A stretch of 63,174 bases of DNA, filler included, from Nemertoderma westbladi (Eukaryota; Animalia; Xenacoelomorpha): the NCBI GenBank assembly GCA_032718475.1. It is 4 parts of 4 records of this genome, joined end to end, with 100 filler letters (N's around TTAATTAATTAA, not from the genome) between each part and the next. Parts side by side here need not be neighbours in the genome. Positions count along the whole stretch, not along the records: positions 13,312 to 30,725 come from JAUCBJ010001944.1; 3 more parts are not named here. The stretch is one strand, 5' to 3'. Of this stretch, positions 13,312 through 24,263 are shown in pieces. Made by a program: the position numbers and the translations under genes. A model generated the notes under the pieces. It was not told the origin of the DNA. It made no database searches and saw only the letters and a program-made list of their open reading frames with translations. Positions within the stretch are counted from its first letter, which is position 1. Each line of letters starts with the position of its first letter.

Positions 13312-13677
13312 CTCTACTCTACTCTACTCTACTCTACTCTACTCTACTCTACTCTACTCTACTCTACTCTACTCTACTCTACTCTACTCTACTCTACTCT
13401 ACTCTACTCTACTCTACTCTACTCTACTCTACTCTACTCTACTCTACTCTACTCTACTCTACTCTACTCTACTCTACTCTACTCTACTCTACTCTACTCT
13501 ACTCTACTCTACTCTACTCTACTCTACTCTACTCTACTCTACTCTACTCTACTCTACTCTACTCTACTCTACTCTACTCTACTCTACTCTACTCTACTCT
13601 ACTCTACTCTACTCTACTCTACTCTACTCTACTCTCTACTTCTACTCTACTCTACTCTACTCCACTCTACTCTACTC
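13312..13677. repeat. (CTCTA)n pentanucleotide microsatellite
   Basis: Read directly; it runs into the contig end. Confidence 0.99.
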
Positions 13678-13709
13678 ATTACCCGTATAGCTAGCCATTG
13701 AATCCTTAC

Positions 13710-13837
13710 CGGTTTAGTATTGAATAAGCTTCCTCAATCGGTTGAATTGTCATATCTATGGGTTATCTGTTGATCACGAATCTCGAATAGAGACGACATG
13801 GCGTTGCGAATGTCATCTAGATCCTTGATTGGCCTCG
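13710..13837 (-). CDS. DNAH5: Axonemal dynein heavy chain (DNAH5/8-like), exon 7 of 7 seen; apparent +1 frameshift
   Basis: AG...GTAAG boundaries. Translates ARPIKDLDDIRNAMSSLFEIRDQQIT/IDMTIQPIEEAYSILNR, matching DNAH5 RPIKDLDDIR..PIEESY. One extra base in a C3 run near 13760. Not in the ORF track. Confidence 0.88.
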
Positions 13838-14126
13838 CTAGTAAAGAAACAACCAATATAATAATAAAAAAAACAACAAAAAAACTCAACTTACTTTTCT
13901 TACACTTTTTTACTCCTATAGTAGATTTTATTTAATTTTAATTCACGAACTTGAATACTTTTTTTTTAATTTCCGTTTAATAAATTTATTATTATGTTTC
14001 AAAGTTGTGTGGTCTGTGTCGTTGTCATATAATAGATTCTTCTATATTATTATTCTTCCATATTGTGAATTTGAAAATTAGTGATGGTTTTCAAATAAAT
14101 ACTTTGTAATTGTCTTGATAAATCAG

Positions 14127-14228
14127 CCATCTTAAATCTATAGAGGCAGAAAAGCGATACTAAAACCTGGAAATTACACAAATGGGTACTTGGGGACATA
14201 TGGCTCCTGTTGACAACTCTTTAACAAG
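14127..14228 (+). CDS. Beta/gamma-crystallin-domain exon A (frameshifted as assembled)
   Basis: CAG acceptor and AG|GTGGGT donor. YRGRKAILKPGNYTN / WGHMAPVDNSLTS is the second half of a Greek-key pair, and it joins exon B in phase 2 (AG|T = Ser). Needs small indel corrections. Confidence 0.65.
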
Positions 14229-14381
14229 GTGGGTAATACTACTAATTTAATTTTACATAAGTAAGAATATCTTGATTAGTTTTATCTTATATTATATTTA
14301 ATTAATAAAATATTATTATTTATTATTTCTTAAATATCTACTTTTTGAATATAAATATTTACTTATAGTTGCTCAATTCTA

Positions 14382-14856
14382 TATAATATAGAGCCATATA
14401 TATAATGTTACACAAAATAAATTGAACTGTAGTGTTTTACTATAATATAGAGCCATATATATAATGTTACACAAAATAAATTGAACTGTAGTGTTTTACT
14501 ATAATATAGAGCCATATATATAATGTTACACAAAATAAATTGAACTGTAGTGTTTTACTATAATATAGAGCCATATATATAATGTTACACAAAATAAATT
14601 GAACTGTAGTGTTTTACTATAATATAGAGCCATATATATAATGTTACACAAAATAAATTGAACTGTAGTGTTTTACTATAATATAGAGCCATATATATAA
14701 TGTTACACAAAATAAATTGAACTGTAGTGTTTTACTATAATATAGAGCCATATATATAATGTTACACAAAATAAATTGAACTGTAGTGTTTTACTATAAT
14801 ATAGAGCCATATATATAATGTTACACAAAATAAATTGAACTGTAGTGTTTTACTAT
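14382..14856. repeat. 59-bp AT-rich tandem repeat, 8 near-identical copies
   Basis: Unit TATAATATAGAGCCATATATATAATGTTACACAAAATAAATTGAACTGTAGTGTTTTAC. Confidence 0.97.
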
Positions 14857-14947
14857 ATTGCTTCCATAGTTACTGCGATTCAAATTATTGTATTTCTCAA
14901 ATCCTGATGCTGCTTTAGGCCGCGTTCACACTACCGAGTCATTGTTA

Positions 14948-15130
14948 GGCCGCGTTCACACTACCGAGTCAAACTCAAAATAAAATAAATATAGTTAGCT
15001 AGCAATAATAAATAATAATACATTATATAGGCCTAATATAATATATAAGGGATTCTAGAAAAAATTAAATTTCATGTTTTGTGATTTAAATTTTGTCCTT
15101 TGACTTTGACTCGGTAGTGTGAACGCGGCC
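14948..15130. mobile_element. PIF/Harbinger (Tourist-like) MITE
   Basis: TIR GGCCGCGTTCACACTACCGAGTCAAA / TTTGACTCGGTAGTGTGAACGCGGCC with TTA on both sides. An extra left-TIR copy lies at 14918-14941. Confidence 0.8.
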
Positions 15131-15240
15131 TTACTCAATGTTAAATAATTTAGTGTTCTCGAATATTTATTACAATTTTACACTTTATGACAGTCAATAT
15201 TTGTTGAGCTTTAAACGTACATTAAGCATAATATTTACAG

Positions 15241-15414
15241 TGCTCGACCCGTAACAGCTCATGGTGATGAGGCAACAATCGCGATATTCGAACATCCAAA
15301 CTATGATGGCCGAATGTTAGTTCTCGATGAATCCTCCCCCAACATTCATGATCTTCGCTTCGGAGACATGACCTCTTCCGCGATAGTAACCAGAGGAGCC
15401 TGGCGGCTCTATGA
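15241..15414 (+). CDS. Beta/gamma-crystallin-domain exon B
   Basis: TTTACAG acceptor and GA|GTTAGT donor. The open frame (S)ARPVTAHGDEATIAIFEHPNYDGRMLVLDESSPNIHDLRFGDMTSSAIVTRGAWRLY has the crystallin FEHxNYxG...SSxxVxxGxWxLY signature. Not in the ORF track. Confidence 0.85.
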
Positions 15415-15699
15415 GTTAGTGTTTATCATTTATATACCGGTATTTTAATAAATTATATAGTTGATTCAACAGTTTTGGTAATTTACATAAGGCATAGAAT
15501 CATACATTTTTTTTTCCGTGAGCTAATAAATAACAGTGATGTGCTTTGGAATTTAATTAGATTTTCTATTAAACTATGTAAGTCACTAAATATTGGAAAC
15601 TAATGACATATCGAATATTGAGTCATTGTTATTATTGTGTATGGGTTATGGGTATGGGAAACAAAGACAGGTAGGGAAACTGGGCGCAAAACCCGCTTT

Positions 15700-15890
15700 G
15701 GCTAATTCATATCCCGCCTCAATGTTAAATTATCATTATAGGGAAAGGAGCAGGTTACAGTGGCACGTTATTTTACCCAAAACAATAAACTAAACACAAT
15801 AGAACAGGTTACAGTTTTATTTTTGTGAGTATCATCTGTTATTTGCGTCCAATCTCCCCTGGAGAGGGGTGAATTTTTATTGCGTCCAGA
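15700..15890 (+). repeat. Copy of an old dispersed repeat family (other copies near 3520, 39255, 51270 and 62545)
   Basis: Shared core ATCTCGCCTCAATGTTAAAT...GGAAAGGAGCAGGTTACAGTGGCACG..TAACCAAAACAATAAAC, closest to the copy at 62545-62640. Confidence 0.7.
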
Positions 15891-15917
15891 TACGAAAAAA
15901 TACTCAAATATCGGAAA

Positions 15918-17776
15918 ACTGACCACAGCTCATTGATGCACTGCCGGCTAACTCACCACAGCTCATTGCTCCACTACCGGCTAACTGACCAGAGCTCAAT
16001 GATCAACTACCGGCTAACTGACCACAGCTCAACTACTGGCTAACTGACCACAGCTCATTGCTCACCTATCGGCTAACTGACCACAGCTCACCTACCGGCT
16101 AACTGACTACAGCTCATCTACCGGATAACTGACCATAGCTCATTGCTCAACTACCGGCTAACTGACTACAGCTCACCTACCGGCTAACTGACCACAGCTC
16201 ATTGCTCAACTACCGGATCACTGACCAAAGTTCATTGCTCCACTACCGGCTAACTGACCAGAGCTCAATGATCAACTACCGGCTAACTGACCACAGCTCA
16301 ACTACTGGCTAACTGACCACAGCTCATTGCTCACCTATCGGCTAACTGACCACAGCTCACCTACCGGCTAACTGACTACAGCTCACCTACCGGCTAACTG
16401 ACCAGAGCTCAATGCTCAACTACCGGCTAACTGAACACAGCTCGCCTACCTGCTAACTGACTACAGCTCACTTACCGGCTAACTGACCACAGCTCATTGC
16501 TGCACTGCCGGCTAAATCACCACAGCTCATTGCTGCACTGCCGGCTAACTCACCACAGCTCATTGCTCCACTACCGGCTAACTGACCAGAGCTCAATGCT
16601 CAACTACCGGCTAACTGAACACAGCTCGCCTACCTGCTAACTGACCACAGCTCAACAACTGGCTAACTGACCACAGCTCATTGCTCCACTACCGGCTAAC
16701 TGACCAGAGCTCAATGATCAACTACCGGCTAACTGACCACAGCTCAACTACTGGCTAACTGACTACAGCTCACTTACCGGCTAACTGACCACAGCTCATT
16801 GCTGCACTGCCGGCTAACTCACCACAGCTCATTGCTGCACTGCCGGCTAACTCACCACAGCTCATTGCTCCACTACCGGCTAACTGACCAGAGCTCAATG
16901 CTCAACTACCGGCTAACTGAACACAGCTCGCCTACCTGCTAACTGACCACAGCTCAACAACTGGCTAACTGACCACAGCTCATTGCTCCACTACCGGCTA
17001 ACTGACCAGAGCTCAATGATCAACTACCGGCTAACTGACCACAGCTCAACTACTGGCTAACTGACCACAGCTCATTGCTCATCTATCGGCTAACTGACCA
17101 CAGCTCACCTACCGGCAAACTGACTACAGCTCACCTACCGGCTAACTGACCACAGCTCATTGCTCAACTTCCGGCTAACTGACCAGAGCTCAATGATCAA
17201 CTACCGGCTAACTGACCACAGCTCAACTACTGGCTAACTGACCACAGCTCATTGCTCACCTATCAGCTAACTGACAACAGCTCACCTACCGGCTAACTGA
17301 CAACAGCTCAGCTACCGGCAAACTGACCACAGCTCATTGCTCCACTACCGGCTAACTGACCACAGCTCAATGATCAACTACCGGCTAACTGACCACAGCT
17401 CATTGCTCAACTTCCGGCTAACTGAACACAGCTCGCCTACCTGCTAACTGACCACAGCTCAACTACTGGCTAACTGACCACAGCTCATTGCTCATCTATC
17501 GGCTAACTGACCACAGCTCACCTACCGGCTAACTGACTACAGCTCACCTACCGGCTAACTGACCACAGCTCATTGCTCAACTACAGGATCACTGACCAGA
17601 GTTCATTGCTCCACTTCCGGCTAACTCACCACAGCTCATTGCTCAACTTCCGGCTAACTGAACACAGCTCGCCTACCTGCTAACTGACCACAGCTCAACA
17701 ACTGGCTAACTGACCACAGCTCATTGCTCAACTACCGGATCACTGACAACAGCTCATTGCTCAACTTCCGGCTAAA
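15918..17776. repeat. 26/33-bp mixed minisatellite
   Basis: Units CGGCTAACTGACCACAGCTC(ATTGCTC)AACTAC; the two lengths differ by a 7-mer. Confidence 0.96.
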
Positions 17777-17817
17777 CGTTACCACCATAAGCTGTGCGAA
17801 AATATAGAATGTTGGCG

Positions 17818-19763
17818 TCCAACAAACTCGTGTATCTGTTGGCTGTGTAACCTACCGGCCGCTAGTAAAGAGCACTACTCTGATTGTCCCACAACAGACT
17901 CGTGTATCTGTTGGCTGTGTAACCTACCGGCCGCTAGTAAAGAGCACTACTCTGATTGTCCCACAACAGACTCGTGTATCTGTTGGCTGTGTAACCTACC
18001 GGCCGCTAGTAAAGAGCACTACTCTGATTGTCCCACAACAGACTCGCGTATCTGTTGGCTGTGTAACCTACCGGACGCTAGTAAAGAGCACTACTCTGAT
18101 TGTCCCACAACAGACTCGTGTATCTGTTGGCTGTGTAACCTACCGGCCGCTAGTAAAGAGCACTACTCTGATTGTCCCACAACAGACTCGCGTATCTGTT
18201 GGCTGTGTAACCTACCGGCCGCTAGTAAAGAGCACTACTCTGATTGTCCCACAACAGACTCGTGTATCTGTTGGCTGTGTAACCTACCGGCCGCTAGTAA
18301 AGAGCACTACTCTGATTGTCCCACAACAGACTCGCGTATCTGTTGGCTGTGTAACCTACCGGACGCTAGTAAAGAGCACTACTCTGATTGTCCCACAACA
18401 GACTCGTGTATCTGTTGGCTGTGTAACCTACCGGCCGCTAGTAAAGAGCACTACTCTGATTGTCCCACAACAGACTCGTGTATCTGTTGGCTGTGTAACC
18501 TACCGGCCGCTAGTAAAGAGCACTACTCTGATTGTCCCACAACAGACTCGTGTATCTGTTGGCTGTGTAACCTACCGGCCGTTAGTAAAGAGCACTACTC
18601 TGATTGTCCCACAACAGACTCGTGTATCTGTTGGCTGTGTAACCTACCGGACGCTAGTAAAGAGCACTACTCTGATTGTCCCACAACAGACTCGTGTATC
18701 TGTTGGCTGTGTAACCTACCGGCCGCTAGTAAAGAGCACTACTCTGATTGTCCCACAACAGACTCGTGTATCTGTTGGCTGTGTAACCTACCGGCCGCTA
18801 GTAAAGAGCACTACTCTGATTGTCCCACAACAGACTCGTGTATCTGTTGGCTGTGTAACCTACCGGACGCTAGTAAAGAGCACTACTCTGATTGTCCCAC
18901 AACAGACTCGTGTATCTGTTGGCTGTGTAACCTACCGGCCGTTAGTAAAGAGCACTACTCTGATTGTCCCACAACAGACTCGTGTATCTGTTGGCTGTGT
19001 AACCTACCGGCCGCTAGTAAAGAGCACTACTCTGATTGTCCCACAACAGACTCGTGTATCTGTTGGCTGTGTAACCTACCGGCCGTTAGTAAAGAGCACT
19101 ACTCTGATTGTCCCACAACAGACTCGTGTATCTGTTGGCTGTGTAACCTACCGGCCGCTAGTAAAGAGCACTACTCTGATTGTGCCACAACAGACTCGTG
19201 TATCTGTTGGCTGTGTAACCTACCGGCCGTTAGTAAAGAGCACTACTCTGATTGTCCCACAACAGACTCGCGTATCTGTTGGCTGTGTAACCTACCGGCC
19301 GCTAGTAAAGAGCACTACTCTGATTGTCCCACAACAGACTCGTGTATCTGTTGGCTGTGTAACCTACCGGCCGCTAGTAAAGAGCACTACTCTGATTGTC
19401 CCACAACAGACTCGTGTATCTGTTGGCTGTGTAACCTACCGGCCGCTAGTAAAGAGCACTACTCTGATTGTCCCACAACAGACTCGTGTATCTGTTGGCT
19501 GTGTATCCTACCGGCCGCTAGTAAAGAGCACTACTCTGATTGTCCCACAACAGACTCGTGTATCTGTTGGCTGTGTAACCTACCGGCCGCTAGTAAAGAG
19601 CACTACTCTGATTGTCCCACAACAGACTCGTGTATCTGTTGGCTGTGTATCCTACCGGCCGCTAGTAAAGAGCACTACTCTGATTGTCCCACAACAGACT
19701 CGTGTATCTGTTGGCTGTGTAACCTACCGGCCGCTAGTAAAGAGCACTACTCTGATTGTCCCA
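17818..19763. repeat. 72-bp tandem repeat, ~27 highly homogeneous copies
   Basis: Period 72 (same phase every 360 bp), giving a 24-aa repeat in ORF 19182..19829. Confidence 0.98.
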
Positions 19764-20173
19764 AAATCGATTATTGTAACTCGAGCCTACATTATGTATT
19801 ATATTTGGACAGTATTAATCCAACCATGATCTGAATCGTATTTCATTTATCATAATCGTCCTTTTTAATTTATTACTTTTATGTAACTTAGATTATAATT
19901 AGTATTTAAAAAAAAAAAATATTGTATAATTACCTACTGTAGTAATTACTCCATGTTTATGGATAAATCAATTAAATTCATTATAATATTAAATGTATAT
20001 TAAGAATGCTGAGGCGGCTTGTCGACCAAATCTGGCACTACAATTCCCTAACACACATTACATTTGCGAGAGCATCCGCATCAAACAAGATTGGTTTCCC
20101 TCTCAAATAATTGATAACACATTTTCCGACAAAATATTTCCCCATACCTTTTATGGCCAAAGTTAAGATTTAC

Positions 20174-20453
20174 CTAAACGTTTGTTGAGATTCTCAATGA
20201 AGTCGAATATGTCCTGCATTTTTCCAGCGGCGACGGAGTTTAATGCTTTACCGTAAGCCCACCTCCAGGCCTTGCATTCCTCTATCAAGGCCATGGTTAA
20301 TGGATCTGTAACCAGTAGAACAGAGCCGACTCTGTACGAGGCTCTAACGTTCCGTACATCAATCTCCCGGTGAAGGTAATGCTTGATATGAGTTCCGTAA
20401 TCAAATAGTAGTGGTTTTTCTTCCATAAATTCTTTCACTTTCTCAGTTGGTTC
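20174..20453 (-). CDS. DNAH5: Dynein heavy chain exon 6 of 7 seen
   Basis: CAG|GAACCA...TTAG|GTAAAT. Encodes EPTEKVKEFMEEKP...LIEECKAWRWAYGKALN...FIENLNKRL, and its phase-1 end joins the 13837 exon. Confidence 0.9.
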
Positions 20454-20571
20454 CTGATAACATATAAGAAATAAAGTACAAATTAGTAACCTCTACTGTG
20501 CATCTAACACAATCAGTCGCAGGAATACAGATCCTGTTAGGCTACCCAACTGATTCCCCACAGTGGCACAG

Positions 20572-21040
20572 TGGAACAGAGTGGAAGGGTTTACTGTGGA
20601 AGATCACCCATGGTGATGGACAGGCATTCCTTTAGGAAACAGAGTGGAAGGGTTTGCTGTGGAAGATCACCCATGGTGGTGAACAGGCATTCCTTTAGGA
20701 AACAGAGTAGAAGGGTTTACTGTGGAAGATCACCCATGGTGGTGGACAGGCATTCCTTTAGGAAACAGAGTGGAAGTGTTTACTGTGGAAGATCACCCAT
20801 GGTGGTGAACAGGCATTCCTTTAAGAAACAGAGTGGAAGGGTTTACTGTGGAAGATCACCCATGGTGGTGAACAGGCATTCCTTTAGGAAACAGAGTGGA
20901 AGTGTTTACTGTGGAAGATCACCCATGGTGGTGAACAGGCATTCCTTTAGGAAACAGAGTAGAAGGGTTTACTGTGGAAGATCACCCATGGTGGTAACAG
21001 GCATTCCTTGGCTTAACGAGCCTGAAAGATTCTCCCATTC
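20572..21040 (+). repeat. 63-bp x7 tandem array built from the SINE 3' region, ending in the SINE terminus
   Basis: The unit matches ~40520-40580, and the last copy continues into GGCTTAACGAGCCTRAAAGATTCTCCCATTC as at 40580-40610. Confidence 0.93.
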
Positions 21041-21754
21041 ATGACAAAAATAAAAAAAATTTCGCATTTTATTTCCAAACAAAATTTTTGACTATTTCGG
21101 GAAAAGGGACCTGTTCCAGTATGATCCATTTTAGGTAGATCTGTGAGATACAGAATTTTCTTGGCTTTCTGAATATTATCGAAACCGTTTTTCATATCTT
21201 CGTCGGTTGAAAAGTTATGAGGGATTCAATATAGTACATACGGCTACGGGCAATGCGTGACGTCAAAACGCAACGAAAATTTCAAGATTTATTCGGATCT
21301 GAATATTTTTTGGGGCTGGAATTCAAAAGGGTATACCAAATAGGGTCTCGCGGACAAACTTAAATCAAAATATCTATCCGTACCTCATCTTTGATAAATA
21401 AAGGTGTTAAAAAATAGGTAATTTTTTTAAAAAACCAGCTACGGCAAATCATATCGTACAATTTCACATTTCACATGGTGGGATAACTGCTGAAAGGACT
21501 TCAGAAATTATTGCAGCTTTTCAAATGAGTTCAAATATCCCGCCACCACATAACAAATTATTAATTTAAGACACCAAAACTCAGTGATTGGTCTCCATTA
21601 AGTCACCCCACTCGACGGTACCATCTGAAACATGTCGTTTTTTTACTTAATAGTTTTATGAAATCAACAGTTGTGCAATCTGTGACACGTAGCATAATAA
21701 CCGGAACAGCATTTAATTAAATATAAAACCGGTTATTATCCATCATGGAATGGA

Positions 21755-22662
21755 CTACTACTACTAGGATCGGCATGCTACATTGCAGCTGCATTTTTAA
21801 GAATCCTGTGCCGGCTTGTCGACAAAATTGCACCGCCACAACTCCCTATCACCCATGACATTTGCTAGATCATCCACCATGCTTATTCACTCCATGAGGC
21901 TGCCAAAGTACAAGATTATGCACTGGCTGGTCCTCACGGCGAAAGCAATGTCCTGCAAAGCGGATGCGATTTCGTTCTAGTGTCGAGTTTGGGGGAACCA
22001 ATGAGACACCTCCAATGTTATATAGTGTCTGGTTGGAGATGTGTGCATTGTACTTGACACAATGAACCCGGCGTAGCATTCTTGTGAATGTGCCATCCAG
22101 AGATTTGGTGTCCTCAGCAGTTAGAGCCCAGCATGGACTCCCGTAGAGGAGTACTGGAACTACTGCTGCTCTAAATAATCGGACCTTAAGTTTCCGATTA
22201 ATTCTCGGTGACTTCCAAATCCTGGAAAGCCTATTCAAGGCTGCCCATGCCTTTCCCTTACGTATTCGAAGGTCCTCACCTGACTTCCGGATCCATGATC
22301 CCAGGTAACAGAAGTCGTCCACATGCTCAAGCATACCATCTTTTGAGCTTATGCGCATCCAATCAGAGACTTTCTGAGGACATTCAAAGTTAACTGTCAA
22401 GATTTTGGTCTTTTTGAATTAATAAAAAGACCAACACTAGAAGCAGCATGTTCTAATGAGCTGAGGAGCCGTTGGGCTCCCTCTAGTGATTCTGAGAGTA
22501 CTCCTAAGTCATCAGCAAAGTCTAGATCAGTTAGGTACTTGGCAGGATTTCCTCGACTTCTGGAGCCAGTAGGTGGAGTTATCATCACCCCATCATCATT
22601 ATGATGATCTAAGGACATGCGTAGAACATAGTCAACCACAATAATGAACAAGAATGGTGCAA
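21755..22662 (-). mobile_element. RTE-like LINE family A, 5'-truncated, in a dynein intron, with 10-bp TSD
   Basis: (CTA)n tail at 21755-21766; ATGGAATGGA at 21745-21754 and 22663-22672; RT ORF fragments; internal deletion near 21875. Confidence 0.93.
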
Positions 22663-22749
22663 ATGGAATGGAATGTACATTACGGCTCTCAATACTGATT
22701 GTAATGTTTTTGGTACTACTACCCTCTAGTGGCTGGATTGATAACTCAC

Positions 22750-22953
22750 ATGTTCCCACAGATCAGCCCAAACAAGAAATTCTTTGAGACTTTGTTCGCA
22801 TTCGAGTTTAAAAGAAGAAATTATGGAATTGAGAGGAATCACGTTCTTAATGACATCCTTGTGGTCCGAAATGAGTTTCCATAGAGGTTTAGGCGCAGTA
22901 CTCGTTACTACCTTTGTATCGTCACGGTTGTGTTCGGCTATAATTTCTTGCTC
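22750..22953 (-). CDS. DNAH5: Dynein heavy chain exon 5 of 7 seen
   Basis: TTTCAG|GAG...CAT|GTGAGT. Encodes KPLWKLISDHKDVIKNVIPLNSIISS...WADLWEH; phases agree with neighbouring exons. Confidence 0.88.
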
Positions 22954-23328
22954 CTGAAATATAGCAACGGATTGAATCACCTTATTAAGATTTTTATCTA
23001 CATCATCTCAATGATAATAAATACCACTAAACAGCTGACCAAATAAATTGGCACCTTTTCAATGGAGTTTATATATCAATTTCAAAGTTTATAGTTATCA
23101 TAAATAATTAATTTAATTTAATTACATTTGTAAAATGTAAATGTAAATTACATTTGGAAAGGCCCAACGGATAGTTCCATTTGACTAATAAAGGGAAAGT
23201 CTGCTTTCGCTTATATCCGCGGGCAGTCATCATCCTTAATACTGTATCTACAATCAGATGGGTTCTCGGGTCTTCCATGGTTCCCCTTTGTTCCCTTGGT
23301 TACGGGGTCTTCCACGGAGTTAACTTAC

Positions 23329-23591
23329 CCGTTTACTTTGTTCGTGCTGCACTTCTGTGTGTCGCCAGACGGGAAAGTCGGTTGTCATCTTTATGATAGT
23401 CTGAACTGCTTTATTCAGGCCTTGCTGAATGTCATCAAAACTGGGTTTAACAATGATATCTGGAATCTTTAGAATCACGTCTGTTTGAAACAATGCTGGT
23501 TTCAGCACTTCTGGTTTACCACGTGAGGCGCGAGAATACATCTGAGATGTCTGCATGCGACGCCGAATAGTGTCCAAGGATAACCTAGTGC
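23329..23591 (-). CDS. DNAH5: Dynein heavy chain exon 4 of 7 seen
   Basis: TTTAG|GCACT...CGG|GTAAGT. Encodes TRLSLDTIRRR...LKIPDIIVKPSFDDIQQGLNKAVQ, matching DNAH5 [21 protein letters not shown]. Confidence 0.9.
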
Positions 23592-23661
23592 CTAAATTAA
23601 TAATATATTATATTATTACTTTTTTGTCCATGACGAAAAACGAATTTATAGTTAATACTAT

Positions 23662-23997
23662 TAAGGGCAGCCCTAAACATCAGCTGGAGACAACACATGA
23701 CAAACGCCGAGCTTTATGGTACAATACCACCTGTGTCAACCACCCTCCGTGAACGCAGATTAAGATTCAGTGGGCACTGCTGGCGAAGTAAAGACGAGGT
23801 CATACCAGATCTACTTCTCTGGCAACCAACTCATGGAAAGCGTAGTCGTGGACGACCTGCCATAACATATATAGATCAACTTGAAAGGGATACTGAACTT
23901 AGGAGAAACGAAATTGCGACAACTATGGAGAATCGGGAAGCCTGGAAGGTTCTCACTTCCACTGTCCGAGTTCGCCCGACCTAGTAGTAGTAGTAGT
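23662..23997 (+). mobile_element. RTE-like LINE family B, 3' fragment with (TAG)n tail, in a dynein intron
   Basis: ORF 23697..23984 (RRLRFSGHCWR, RSRGRP) is near-identical to the C-terminus of 56200..56673. Confidence 0.9.
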
Positions 23998-24026
23998 AAT
24001 AGTATAGATAACATTGATAAACTTAC

Positions 24027-24156
24027 ATTTAACTAATGCTTCCGAATTACGTTGGGAAAATAAATTCATCGTATTCCAGAAACAACAAGGTAGACATTCT
24101 GTACAGCGTTGAAGTTTCAGTTTGCCCTCGGGATTGAGACATGGGTAGTGCTCCAC
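24027..24156 (-). CDS. DNAH5: Dynein heavy chain exon 3 of 7 seen (Cys-rich)
   Basis: TTTCAG|GTG...AAAT|GTAAGT. Encodes VEHYPCLNPEGKLKLQRCTECLPCCFWNTMNLFSQRNSEALVK; phase 0 in and phase 1 out fit the flanking exons. Confidence 0.82.
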
Positions 24157-24263
24157 CTGAAATTAAGAATCATCATTAACAAAATTGTTACATTTAAATA
24201 ATATATTATATTAATAATGAACAGTTTGATTTGCGGAATCACACGCATCGAGGCTCATGGTAA

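Noticed and set aside
13312-13677. Telomeric repeat at the contig end
   Set aside because: (TAGAG)n lies 30 bp from an internal dynein exon, so it is intronic, and it is not a known animal telomere motif.
17818-19763. Twister or hammerhead ribozyme in the 72-bp unit
   Set aside because: There is no CUGANGA/GAAA core, and the twister pseudoknot pairings are not satisfied; the word similarity is only superficial.
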